Below are positions 18,895 through 28,801 of a stretch of DNA of 32,728 nucleotides, one piece after another. Location of the stretch: IMG/VR virus record IMGVR_UViG_3300016471_000416, positions 1 through 32,728 of that record; one strand, given 5' to 3'. The notes under the pieces were generated by a model. That model was not told the origin of the DNA. It did no database searches and saw only the letters and a list, made by a program, of their open reading frames with translations. Source of the DNA: a virus. Lineage: Duplodnaviria; Caudoviricetes. Position numbers and translations under genes: made by a program. The first letter of the stretch is position 1; every line of letters starts with the position of its first letter.

Positions 18895-18903
18895 GAATAT
18901 ATA
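18895..18903 (+). promoter_or_regulatory. Candidate late promoter GAATATATA
   Basis: 6 nt upstream of the gp25 ATG and abutting the palindrome at 18875-18894. Confidence 0.45.
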
Positions 18904-18909
18904 GAAAAG

Positions 18910-19281
18910 ATGGCAAGATATTCCGAGATTTATCCTAGAAATCCAGATGATCCCAACTACAAAGAGGGATTATTACACACTGATGACGAGGTGGAAATTC
19001 TTATTGGTATGATTAAGAATTGTATGCTCACACGTCCTGGTGAGGTTCTAGGTGATCCTTACTTTGGTATAGATCTGGAGGGTCTTATATTTGATTTAGA
19101 GGTTGACCAAAACACACTAACTAGAGCAATAAATCTTCATTTATTAACTTATGTTCCTTTAGCTTCTTCTCTTTTTGATGTTGAATTTAAAGTTGGGTTT
19201 ATTAGGGGAGATACAAGAGATGCTTGTGTTATAGATTTTGCAATTAAGGGAAACCCAATAATAGGAATTAAAATATTATAA
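18910..19281 (+). CDS. Baseplate wedge subunit, gp25/GPW-like
   Basis: 123 aa with LTRPGEVLGDPYFGIDLEGLIFD, the gp25 TxxGE...PxFG motif. Confidence 0.85.
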   Translation: MARYSEIYPRNPDDPNYKEGLLHTDDEVEILIGMIKNCMLTRPGEVLGDPYFGIDLEGLIFDLEVDQNTLTRAINLHLLTYVPLASSLFDVEFKVGFIRGDTRDACVIDFAIKGNPIIGIKIL

Positions 19282-19283
19282 AA

Positions 19284-20981
19284 ATGGATTTATTATCGAA
19301 AAATAGGGCCAAAATATCCGATCTACTAGCTCAGACATTTGAGCTTATCCAAGCTAGATATGGAATGTCTAATCAATTATTTACTGTTGCATCCGTTTGG
19401 GGTCAATTAGTATTTGTTTTAGATAACCTTTCACAATTTATATTGTTCTTTATCGAGGATTCTATAACAGAATTAAACATAAACACAGCAACTAGAGAAT
19501 CATCTATTTATGGTCTAGCAACTCTAGCTGGACATAATCCTACTAGAAGTATCTCTGCTAAGGGAGAAGTTATTATAAAATGGAACGGAAAGGGATTTGA
19601 GGATATTGGTGGTAGTGCAGTACTGATTCCACAAAACGCAGAGATAAAATGTGTCAATAATGGTAAAACCTACATTTTAAAATTCCCGCAGGAATACACA
19701 AGATTAAATCTAGATGGATCATCACAACTAGTTTGTTCTATAATAGAAGGAACATTGGCAGTAAATCAATATACTGGAACTGGAGCTAAATTACAAAGTT
19801 ACAATATATCATCAAGAGGAACTTCGGGAATAGAAAATTTTGAAATATACGTGAAAGTAAACGGGGTAGAATGGAAAAAATATGATTCTCTATATGATAT
19901 CCCAAGAAACGCGAGAGGATTTTTAGCTAAGAGTTCAATAATTTCTGGAATTGATATATTTTTCGGAAATAATGATTTTGGTCTTCCCCCTGCTGCAGGA
20001 TCAGTAATAGAGGTTACATACTTAGAGTCCACTGGTACTGGAGGAAATTTATTAGTGGATGATCCATCGCAAGCAATATTCAGATTTGATTCAGAAGGAA
20101 CGGATCTTTTTGGTAATGGTGTAACTTTACAAGACGTACTACAAATAAATTGTACCATACCTCCTCAGATGGGTGCTAACCAAGAATCTGTAGATCTTAC
20201 AAGATTAATTGCTCCTAAAACGTCTAGAAGTTTTGTTTTGGCTAATCCAACAAACTACATAACTTTTTTCGAAAAGTTTGGTCAGTTTTCTATAATAGAA
20301 GCATTTACAACCTTTGATGATCAGTACATTGACGATGATAATGTCATTTATCTAATATTAATTCCAGATATTAATCTGACATTAAAGAGTAATGAAACAT
20401 ATTTTGATATACCTGTTTCTAGATTCAAATTAACAGAATCACAAAGAAATAGAATATATCAGCTTCTTGATGAAAGCGGACAGAAGATAGTTACTACTGA
20501 GGTTAAGATCCTAGATCCTATCATTAAAAAATACGTCGTAAATATAGCTATAACTATATTCGAGGGATATGATCCTGATACTATAAAATCAACAATAGTT
20601 AACACGCTGAGCAACTATTTTTTGAATATAAGAAGAAGAGATAAAATTCCAAGATCGGATCTTGTCGCTGCTGTTGAAGAGATTGATGGGGTAGATTCGG
20701 TTTCTTTGTATTTTGTTGGTGAAGAAAATGAAGCAGCAAAAGCACAAAATCCTAATTCCCCAGAGATAGGATTTGATGAATTTGGAGATATAATTATGGG
20801 CAAGGATGAAATAGTAATTATATCAGGAGGATGGGAAGATAGGAATGGTATATTCTATGATCTAGGAGCTGGAATGAGCACATTATCCTCTATCAATATA
20901 GATGTAAGATCGATCGTTCCTTACTCATACAATGCTAAAGTGAACAACATATTGAAAAGCTCACTAAAAACTGGAAACTAA
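19284..20981 (+). CDS. Baseplate wedge subunit, T4 gp6 / baseplate J-like
   Basis: NINTATRESSIYGLATLAGHNPTRSISA, IFFGNNDFGLPPAAGSVIEVTYLESTGTGGN, GANQESVDLTRLIAP and C-terminal SDLVAAVEEIDGVDSV. Follows gp25. Confidence 0.85.
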   Translation: MDLLSKNRAKISDLLAQTFELIQARYGMSNQLFTVASVWGQLVFVLDNLSQFILFFIEDSITELNINTATRESSIYGLATLAGHNPTRSISAKGEVIIKWNGKGFEDIGGSAVLIPQNAEIKCVNNGKTYILKFPQEYTRLNLDGSSQLVCSIIEGTLAVNQYTGTGAKLQSYNISSRGTSGIENFEIYVKVNGVEWKKYDSLYDIPRNARGFLAKSSIISGIDIFFGNNDFGLPPAAGSVIEVTYLESTGTGGNLLVDDPSQAIFRFDSEGTDLFGNGVTLQDVLQINCTIPPQMGANQESVDLTRLIAPKTSRSFVLANPTNYITFFEKFGQFSIIEAFTTFDDQYIDDDNVIYLILIPDINLTLKSNETYFDIPVSRFKLTESQRNRIYQLLDESGQKIVTTEVKILDPIIKKYVVNIAITIFEGYDPDTIKSTIVNTLSNYFLNIRRRDKIPRSDLVAAVEEIDGVDSVSLYFVGEENEAAKAQNPNSPEIGFDEFGDIIMGKDEIVIISGGWEDRNGIFYDLGAGMSTLSSINIDVRSIVPYSYNAKVNNILKSSLKTGN

Positions 20982-20982
20982 T

Positions 20983-21228
20983 ATGGAAAAGAAAAGTTGG
21001 TATGAATTTATAGAATCACAAAATGATATCAGATCTAATGTGGGACTTGACTATGAGGGAAAAATATTCGAGAAGACTTTATCCAACCAGATATTACAGG
21101 GTGATGCTAATAGAATGGATATACTTGCAAGTATGGAGAAGGTAGTTTATTCACTTTTTGAAACTACTAAGTACATTAAGAACTATTTTAATTATACAGT
21201 TCCAAAAAATAACAAATACGTGAGATAG
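20983..21228 (+). CDS. Small hypothetical baseplate-associated protein
   Basis: 81 aa, separated by 1 nt from both the gp6-like and gp7-like genes. Confidence 0.7.
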   Translation: MEKKSWYEFIESQNDIRSNVGLDYEGKIFEKTLSNQILQGDANRMDILASMEKVVYSLFETTKYIKNYFNYTVPKNNKYVR

Positions 21229-21229
21229 G

Positions 21230-24200
21230 ATGGTTACCCAAAATCTTTTATTTTTTGATAAAAAAGGAGACCAATACAATTTTTCTTGGAACGGTGACTA
21301 TTGGGAGGGTTCGATTCTTTTTCCCATAGTTTCTGAAAGGCTTTTTGAAATAGAGCACATATTTATAATTGAAAAATTTTTAAATCTTTCCTCTGAAATA
21401 AAATACGGGTTTCCTCACGCAGATCCAGTAAGCCCAGGATCCCCAGTTTGGAGAACAAGATGGGAATCAGATTACGATGGAAAAACAGACGTTTCATCCA
21501 TTATATACACCTATGAGTTAGGTGTAGATGGAAATCTTGATGCCCCTATATTAGTTAAGGCAAATAATGTTGAGTTTTACCCAGAAGTTGTTCCGGGTGA
21601 TGCTATTTCTTCACCAGGTGGATTAGTTGTTACTAGCGATATAACATCATCCTCGATGCAAATTAATATTGCTTTAAATTCTGATGTTGAGGGCATTTAC
21701 GATAGGAGTTTAATAATAGAGGATTATACGGACCCTAATAATCCTATCACTATATTAAAAGTTAATTTTCACGGTGAGGTTGAAGGAGAAGATAGTAGAC
21801 TATCTGTTATGTTAGACAACTTCGGAAGATCATTTAATTCTTCAGATGCTTTCATCGTAAGAGATAGTGATATAAAAGAAGATTTTCCCGATTATGAAAT
21901 AATTAACAGGAAAAGAAAAGAATTACTCCTAACTGGAGAAAGTATATTTCCGTATCTAGGATCTTATAAATCATTATTTAATGCTATAAAATTCTTTGGG
22001 TATTACGATCTTAGAGTAAAGGAATATTGGTTAAACGTAAAAAAAGATGACGCCGATACTCTAACCCCTTTACAGCAGAACCAAAAAATACTCGATCAAC
22101 TTTCTCAGCCTAATTTAGAAGGGCAAAGCAGATTAGAGCTAATAAGTAGTTTGATCAAGGACGAAAACGAGGGGAAGTTTAAGCAGATTGAGATATACGG
22201 AAAAAATAAGGATGGATCTTTTGGATTAAAGAAGCAGTTCGAAGAACTATTTCCTTCTAAATCATTTAAGAAGACCGCTTTATTTGGATTGTTCTATGAT
22301 ATTAATCGGGTAGTAGAAGATCAGGAAGAGGATCAATACGGATATCCTATAGTTGAGGATGCTTTCATGTTTAGTCCGGAGGAAGTGATAATAAAACTAT
22401 TCGGATTAAAAGAAAGATTAAAGAGGGATTATCTTCCACTAAATGCTAGAATAATCGATATTACAGGTGAAGGGATATACTTTAACATATACAAAACTAG
22501 AGAATGGACTGATGTCGTAGATATTAGTGAGATTAAGGGGGGAATTGTGGTAGATTTTACAGTTTATCCAGAGAAAGGATTTATTGAAGATCTTAGACCA
22601 TTTTATACTAAACCCAATCAAGATGGTCTTTTATATCCAGCAGTAAACGGAACAGAACCAGGAATAAGCTATTACGGAAACACGGTAGATCCATATTATA
22701 ATTTCCAACAATACCCTCTAGATTCTATTCCTAAAATGGAGTCTGCTATAAAATCATTTTATGAGGATATTAAAAAAGGAGCGATGCCTAAGTTTTTGGG
22801 TGATGGTGATTATGATCCGCCTTCTTATAAACTTTTCTCCACGGGAACAGAATACGTTTTACCGGCAGGATTTCCCGTTATAATAAAGAACAACACATTT
22901 GATTTATCTTGGAATGAAATCAGCGGAAGTTGGACTTCCTTAGATACTACGATAACAACAACGCCGTTAGAAATAGCTAGTTATACTAGCACGACAGTAT
23001 CCAATCCAGGTACACCTGCTCAAACTGTTTATAGTACAGATACTATAACACTAAGTACTACATTTCCACAGAGTATAACTATTAACATAGGTGCTGGTAA
23101 TGATTGGTTTGATACAACTTTACCCCAGTCTGTTTTTGTTAGGGTTGAATCAGTAGATTCTCCTGGGAATTTAACCCTGGGATATTCTAGTGCTGGTGAT
23201 TATAATACCGTTACTGGAGATCTTTATATTCAATTAGTTTATACCAGAGGATCTGGAACTTATTCAAATTGGAAAGTGACCCCTACTAATTTAGGATTTA
23301 GCACTTATGTTTTTGAATATTTTGAAAACTTCGTTCATAATAATGGATTTTATTCGTGGGATAGGTTACCATATTTAGATTTTTATGAAATAGAATGGAC
23401 TATAACTAAAAATGATGATACTAAGCCTTACTTTTTTCAAATACGAGGAGGACTTCCGGATTTGGATACACTAGTTCACTTCCTGCCTTATAACGGACAA
23501 TACACGATAAAATGTAGAGTCTGGGACACTTTAAATGCTATTTCTTTAGGAATAAAAAGAGGAGTAATAAATGTAGATCTTAGAGGAATAGAATTAAACA
23601 CGATAACTAGATTTAGAGAATCTGAAAAATATGATTGGGATAATTCATTGCTTATGTGGGAAAGTTATCCTTCTCAGTGGATATTCCCCGTTGAAAATAC
23701 TAATAAGGTTTTAAGTATTTCTGATTTTATACAGAACTATCCGGAATATTCTAATAATTTCGAAGAAGGTCAGCAATGTGAGGTTCTTTCAAAAATACCA
23801 GAGGTTAAAGCATTGGCTACTTTTGATTTGGGTGTAACTAAAGTTGACATATCAAATATAGTTAGTTTATATAATGGCAGCGGATATAATCTTGCAACGG
23901 TAACAACTTTAACGTCTCACGGCTACACGTCAGGTGATTTAGTTTGGATATATGATTCCTCGGGGGATCCTTATGGACAATTTCCTATAACGGTGCTTAC
24001 TGCCAATACTTTTGAAATTCCTCAGATTATCATAACTCCTATATTGGGTGGATACGTTTACGGTGCCGGAAGTGTTAAGGTTACTGCTGACTCATTAGTT
24101 ATTGGAGAGTGTGCTTTCCAGGGAGATCTAAACTCAACCACTAGCTTACTTTATTCACTAATAAATTCATCAGCTCTCTTTCCTAAATATAAGGTTATAA

Positions 24201-27200
24201 ATCTGATAGATTCTATAATTTCTGGATATAAAACATTTACTATACAAGCTCCTAACAATACTGGATCAATCTGGAACGGTAAACAGTTAGCTATCCAAGT
24301 TACTGGATCTATGTTATCCAGTATAACCACAACAACTTTTAATGGCGGAATAAATGAGACCGAAGAATATCTCCCTTATAATTTTAATTCCCTTCCTAAT
24401 AAAGAGATAAGATATTGGGGAACTAAAAGATTGTCTTGGGATACGTTTGAAGATTTTGAATTTGAAAAAGCTTATGCACATACCTGGGAAATGTATGATT
24501 ATCACAATGATTGGCTGGGCGGATTTAATTTATATTCAGTCCAATACGGAGACAGGGTTAGGGTATCTAAACAGACTAGCGGAATAGTATTCGGCGAAAC
24601 TGATTCTCCAGCAAACAACTATTTAGATTTAAGTGAAGCAGCGGATCAACTTAATAATTCAGCAGATGAAAACATAGGAAGATTTGATTATGTTGTTAGA
24701 GGATTTTCGGAGCTTCCTAATAATTTTTATATAAACAGTAATCCAATATCCCCTGATCTTGATACTACACCAGGTCCAAAAAATATAACATCCGTTTTTT
24801 ATAAAGTTCCAACTTATTCACCTATTCTGTTTCAGCCAACCGGTATTGCTTGGGACGCGGATGGCGATATTTGGGTTACGGGAGAGGATGCTATAAAATT
24901 CGACGGAGTCAATTACACCTATTATGATTCAACCAATAGTGTAATGCCGGGGGTTTCTATACAGACAAACTGTATAAAAATAGACAGAAATGATGTTAAA
25001 TGGATTGGGGTAGAAAATAATCTAACACCATTAGTAAAAATAAACGAGAAAGATCCTTTAGATAGCTTTGCTTATTCTGTGAGTGACTTTGTTGATAATG
25101 CAGGAAATCCAGTAAGTCCCATAACTGCTTCAAGTATAGGCGTTATAGAAATAAATCCACAAAGCGGAGACATATTTGCAGCATTTACTTGTAATTCTTC
25201 CCCTTCTTTCGACGGTCTTTTATTTTATGATTCACAAGGTAAATCTTGGGTCCTTTACACAACTAATAATTCAGATTTACCTTCAGATAATATTAGGGAT
25301 CTTAGACTTGAATATTATGGAATGAATAAATGGTATTTGTGGATAGCGACAGATGCTGGACTATCTAGATTTGATGGAGTATCATTTAAAAACTATAATA
25401 TCGGAAATTCTGGTATTCCTTCTAACTCTGTGTATTCTATTGAACTAGATAAGTTGGGTCATAAATGGATAGGAACTTTGGATGGATTAGTATACTGGGA
25501 TAATAGCAGATGGGCAGTTTGGAACAACTCAACTAATCCCGAGTTATCCGTAGGAACTTTTGGAAATATAATAGAAACAGGGAACGCCAATATATGGTTT
25601 ACATTAGACCCTGGTACATCTCCTGGAGATTCTGAATTGTATTTCTTTGATGGATATTTCTTTACTAAGGTTTTATATAGAAATGATGGAACTACATTAA
25701 TAAATCCTTCGAATGTTTTCCATGGTAAAACAATGCTATCTGCTCCGTGGAAAACTATTAAAAATGGTGAGGTCACATATCCTAGAAATTTATTGCTACT
25801 TACTGAAGATGGTGAGATAGGAAAAATTGATTATGTGGTACCTCATCTGCAGGCAACTTCTAAATTCCCAGGAACATCGGGATGGGATTTTGTTTATCAC
25901 GAGACATCTGTTCCTCTGCCTTCGGTTGAATACACCTATGACTTAGATGAAGTTTCAACGCTTAGCTCTAACTTTGTTGTAGGCCCTTTTGTTGACAACA
26001 TTACTTTAAACTCTGATTACACCAGACCAGTGATGCCTAATGTTGATAGATATTCTTGGTATAAGCCTATTTGGCAGCGTTATAGCATCGAATATCTAAA
26101 AAATCAATTTCCATCTTTGAACCTTGACGATGTCTTCTTATACGCTCCGCTACGTGATATTGTAAATGGAAAAGCAAACAAGGAATCGTACTGGAGAAAT
26201 TCACAGGTAGAAAGAATTGCACAAAAGCAATCTAGAGAATTATTCGAGAATTTTGAATGGGTTATAACTTTAGGAAACAGTAGTCCAGACCAAGGAATAA
26301 AGGTAACGGTTGATGGCGAGGGAGATATAATAGCAATTGGTGATTTCACTGGTACTATTTTCATGGGAGAAGTCAACAACATAGGATCACAGGATGTTTA
26401 CTTGACTACTTTAGACCAGGGTGTTTATGTTGCAAAATATAATAAATCGGGTGTTCTTCAATGGGCTAGATCTATAAGTTCAACATCACCCCAGGGTCCA
26501 ATATATGGTAGATCTGTAATAACTGATTCAAGCTCAAACATATATGTAGTTAGCGATAATAATCTTACAGGATTTATTGAAATAGATAAATTTAATTCTG
26601 ATGGGGTTTTATTAAACACACTTAACGTGCCTATATCCCCTGATCAATTCATAGGTGATGTTAAATGCGATAAGTATGAAAATGTTTATATCTGTGGAGG
26701 ATTCCAAGGAACATTAAATCTTGGTCCTTATACACTAACATCAACTGTACAAGATGCTGGATTCATAGCAAAATTGGACTCGGGATTAAATTTTGTCTGG
26801 GCTAAACAGCTTAGCAACGGTAACTATTCTAAAGCGCAAGAAATAGGTATACTTAAGGAGGATTATCTATATGTCATTGGATTATTTGAAACAAGTATAG
26901 ATCTTGATCCTATTCAGTTAACTGGAGTAGGCAATCCCGACATGTTTGTTGGTAAATTTTCAACAGGGAATGGAACATGCTTATGGGGTGATAGCTTTGC
27001 TTATGATTCCTCCACATCTTTCTCTGATACCTCAATTTGTTTAGATCCGAAAGGTCACGTTCTTTTAACTGGATCTTATAATGGAACTATATCGATAGAA
27101 AACCAAACTTTATCTTCCTTCCCAGGAGTTACCGATATATTTGTAATCAAATTATTATCCACTGGTAAACTTGTTTGGATGAAAATGTGCGGAGGAGATG

Positions 27201-28006
27201 CTGGGGATACAGCTCACGACATCGAGAGCGATTCAGAGGAAAATGTTTACATTACTGGATCTTATACATCACCTGCTTATTTCTCTCCTGTTGAGGTTGA
27301 CTCTAGAGGAGGAACAGACATTTATCTTACTAAGTTCAATAAGGATGGATTACTAGTTGATATTGTTACCGCAGGAGGTATAAACAACGATTCAGGGGCA
27401 GATCTTGTTATGGACAAGGAAGAAAACATATATTTAACCGGATATTTTGAAGGCGAAGCAGAATTTTCTCCTTATCTAGTTTTATCACCCCCAGGAACAG
27501 GTCTAGATGCTTTCTTAGGAAAAATACCTAAACAAAGATTCAATCCAGGATTAAAAGTGGGATCTATTCAGTCTTGGTTAGGATCGCATTCTTGGTCTTG
27601 GAGAGAAGAAAAATTCTACCAGAATGAATTTGAAATTCCTTTAGCTACCACGATATTTATAAATCCTATAGATTCATTAATACCCGGAAAAAAAGAGCAC
27701 ATATGGACTCTTACAAATACAGAAACTGGAGAAGTAATAATCAAGGTAAAAAAGACGCCTTACTTTATATGGACATTCTTGAATCCTGGATTCTATAATA
27801 TATCTTGTGAACTTCAGGATGTTAACGGTAACCTGTATCAAACTGAGCATAAAGGAAAAATAAGAGTTATTGATCATAAAACTCCTTTTGCTGGGGATTT
27901 AATTCCGGAGATAGTTAATTCAGAAGATTATCTAATAAGATCAATATACTACGATAGAAAAGATCTTGGATTCCCTCCTTTATCTAGATTTGATATACCA
28001 GTATAA
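21230..28006 (+). CDS. Giant baseplate wedge (gp7-like) protein with beta-propeller and Ig/PKD-like modules
   Basis: 2258 aa following gp6. YLGSYKSLFNAIKFFGY (~21953) resembles the gp7/tail-I motif. Regulator-propeller-like repeats ~24830-25800 (LPSDNIRDL, LWIATDAGLSRFDG, SIELDKLGHKWIGTLDGL). SBBP-like repeats ~26260-27530 (DIESDSEENVYITGSY, DKEENIYLTGYF). PKD-like end (WTFLNPGFYNISCELQDVNGN). Confidence 0.7.
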   Translation: MVTQNLLFFDKKGDQYNFSWNGDYWEGSILFPIVSERLFEIEHIFIIEKFLNLSSEIKYGFPHADPVSPGSPVWRTRWESDYDGKTDVSSIIYTYELGVDGNLDAPILVKANNVEFYPEVVPGDAISSPGGLVVTSDITSSSMQINIALNSDVEGIYDRSLIIEDYTDPNNPITILKVNFHGEVEGEDSRLSVMLDNFGRSFNSSDAFIVRDSDIKEDFPDYEIINRKRKELLLTGESIFPYLGSYKSLFNAIKFFGYYDLRVKEYWLNVKKDDADTLTPLQQNQKILDQLSQPNLEGQSRLELISSLIKDENEGKFKQIEIYGKNKDGSFGLKKQFEELFPSKSFKKTALFGLFYDINRVVEDQEEDQYGYPIVEDAFMFSPEEVIIKLFGLKERLKRDYLPLNARIIDITGEGIYFNIYKTREWTDVVDISEIKGGIVVDFTVYPEKGFIEDLRPFYTKPNQDGLLYPAVNGTEPGISYYGNTVDPYYNFQQYPLDSIPKMESAIKSFYEDIKKGAMPKFLGDGDYDPPSYKLFSTGTEYVLPAGFPVIIKNNTFDLSWNEISGSWTSLDTTITTTPLEIASYTSTTVSNPGTPAQTVYSTDTITLSTTFPQSITINIGAGNDWFDTTLPQSVFVRVESVDSPGNLTLGYSSAGDYNTVTGDLYIQLVYTRGSGTYSNWKVTPTNLGFSTYVFEYFENFVHNNGFYSWDRLPYLDFYEIEWTITKNDDTKPYFFQIRGGLPDLDTLVHFLPYNGQYTIKCRVWDTLNAISLGIKRGVINVDLRGIELNTITRFRESEKYDWDNSLLMWESYPSQWIFPVENTNKVLSISDFIQNYPEYSNNFEEGQQCEVLSKIPEVKALATFDLGVTKVDISNIVSLYNGSGYNLATVTTLTSHGYTSGDLVWIYDSSGDPYGQFPITVLTANTFEIPQIIITPILGGYVYGAGSVKVTADSLVIGECAFQGDLNSTTSLLYSLINSSALFPKYKVINLIDSIISGYKTFTIQAPNNTGSIWNGKQLAIQVTGSMLSSITTTTFNGGINETEEYLPYNFNSLPNKEIRYWGTKRLSWDTFEDFEFEKAYAHTWEMYDYHNDWLGGFNLYSVQYGDRVRVSKQTSGIVFGETDSPANNYLDLSEAADQLNNSADENIGRFDYVVRGFSELPNNFYINSNPISPDLDTTPGPKNITSVFYKVPTYSPILFQPTGIAWDADGDIWVTGEDAIKFDGVNYTYYDSTNSVMPGVSIQTNCIKIDRNDVKWIGVENNLTPLVKINEKDPLDSFAYSVSDFVDNAGNPVSPITASSIGVIEINPQSGDIFAAFTCNSSPSFDGLLFYDSQGKSWVLYTTNNSDLPSDNIRDLRLEYYGMNKWYLWIATDAGLSRFDGVSFKNYNIGNSGIPSNSVYSIELDKLGHKWIGTLDGLVYWDNSRWAVWNNSTNPELSVGTFGNIIETGNANIWFTLDPGTSPGDSELYFFDGYFFTKVLYRNDGTTLINPSNVFHGKTMLSAPWKTIKNGEVTYPRNLLLLTEDGEIGKIDYVVPHLQATSKFPGTSGWDFVYHETSVPLPSVEYTYDLDEVSTLSSNFVVGPFVDNITLNSDYTRPVMPNVDRYSWYKPIWQRYSIEYLKNQFPSLNLDDVFLYAPLRDIVNGKANKESYWRNSQVERIAQKQSRELFENFEWVITLGNSSPDQGIKVTVDGEGDIIAIGDFTGTIFMGEVNNIGSQDVYLTTLDQGVYVAKYNKSGVLQWARSISSTSPQGPIYGRSVITDSSSNIYVVSDNNLTGFIEIDKFNSDGVLLNTLNVPISPDQFIGDVKCDKYENVYICGGFQGTLNLGPYTLTSTVQDAGFIAKLDSGLNFVWAKQLSNGNYSKAQEIGILKEDYLYVIGLFETSIDLDPIQLTGVGNPDMFVGKFSTGNGTCLWGDSFAYDSSTSFSDTSICLDPKGHVLLTGSYNGTISIENQTLSSFPGVTDIFVIKLLSTGKLVWMKMCGGDAGDTAHDIESDSEENVYITGSYTSPAYFSPVEVDSRGGTDIYLTKFNKDGLLVDIVTAGGINNDSGADLVMDKEENIYLTGYFEGEAEFSPYLVLSPPGTGLDAFLGKIPKQRFNPGLKVGSIQSWLGSHSWSWREEKFYQNEFEIPLATTIFINPIDSLIPGKKEHIWTLTNTETGEVIIKVKKTPYFIWTFLNPGFYNISCELQDVNGNLYQTEHKGKIRVIDHKTPFAGDLIPEIVNSEDYLIRSIYYDRKDLGFPPLSRFDIPV

Positions 28007-28017
28007 AATTCCTAAAT

Positions 28018-28689
28018 TTATGTTGTGTACTCTCTGTACACATCCAATATTTCAGGTACAATTGGATGTCTGTGATTTTTCTTAAGAGTTATAACCTTTA
28101 CCCCAGCTACTCTAGAAGAAATAGTATTTAAAAAATCGAGACCTGATTCTTTCTTATTTTTTAAGTCTATTTGAGAAGTATCCCCACAGATTATTAATTT
28201 AGAACCAACACCTAATCTACCTAAAACCATTTCCATCTGATTCATTGTTACGTTTTGTGCTTCATCAACAATAACACAAGAATTAACCAGAGTCCTACCT
28301 CTCATGAAAGGAAAGGGAAGTATTTCTATGATTCCCTCACTAAGTAGTTTTTCGATCTTGTCCTTGTCGTAGATCATTTCTAAATTTGCATAGATTGGAG
28401 CTAACCATGGATCCATTTTTTCTTTTAAATCTCCTGGAAGAAATCCTATATCTTCCTTCGCTACTGTAGGTCTAGTTATTACTATTCTTTCGATTTCCCT
28501 ATTAAATAATAAATCCAAAGCGATCTGAACTGCTAATAAAGTTTTACCAGATCCGGCTGCACCTTTAAGGACACTTACCGGGTTAGCTAAAATTAATGTT
28601 TTAGCCTCCTTTTGTTCTTCATTTAAGGTGATTTTGAATTTGATAGGGGTTTTTGGTTTCCTTTTTTGGTTCCAATTAGTTCCTGTCAT
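28018..28689 (-). CDS. phoH: PhoH-family ATPase
   Basis: Walker A GAAGSGKT, ITRP, GFLPGDLKEKMDPW, MRGRT, DEAQN, GDTSQIDL and HRH, the full PhoH motif set. Confidence 0.95.
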   Translation of the reverse strand: MTGTNWNQKRKPKTPIKFKITLNEEQKEAKTLILANPVSVLKGAAGSGKTLLAVQIALDLLFNREIERIVITRPTVAKEDIGFLPGDLKEKMDPWLAPIYANLEMIYDKDKIEKLLSEGIIEILPFPFMRGRTLVNSCVIVDEAQNVTMNQMEMVLGRLGVGSKLIICGDTSQIDLKNKKESGLDFLNTISSRVAGVKVITLKKNHRHPIVPEILDVYREYTT

Positions 28690-28700
28690 AAGATTTTTTT

Positions 28701-28729
28701 TTTTATTTGAGAAACATATTCCAAGTTTC
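28701..28729 (-). promoter_or_regulatory. Candidate variant promoter GAAACT-N17-ATAAAA upstream of phoH
   Basis: Minus strand reads gaaact-tggaatatgtttctcaa-ataaaa, one base shorter than the other two copies. Confidence 0.3.
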
Positions 28730-28773
28730 CCTGTTTAATAATTAACCTGTCTTTTCTTAAAGCAACAAATACA

Positions 28774-28784
28774 GGATATATATC
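28774..28784. promoter_or_regulatory. Candidate late promoter GGATATATA within the palindrome GATATATATC
   Basis: In the divergent gap between phoH and 28802. 28775-28784 reads the same on both strands. Confidence 0.45.
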
Positions 28785-28801
28785 AAAAAAAGAAAAATCA
28801 A

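Noticed and set aside
1937-28006. Bacterial extracellular contractile injection system or T6SS locus
   Set aside because: A gp13-like neck, T4-sized gp6/gp7-like genes, phoH and phage-like gene packing indicate a phage. No eCIS ATPase or T6SS membrane genes are visible.
21230-28006. Frequent Ser-Pro dipeptides as a modification signal
   Set aside because: The excess looks modest given the protein's Ser and Pro content and cannot be supported without statistics.
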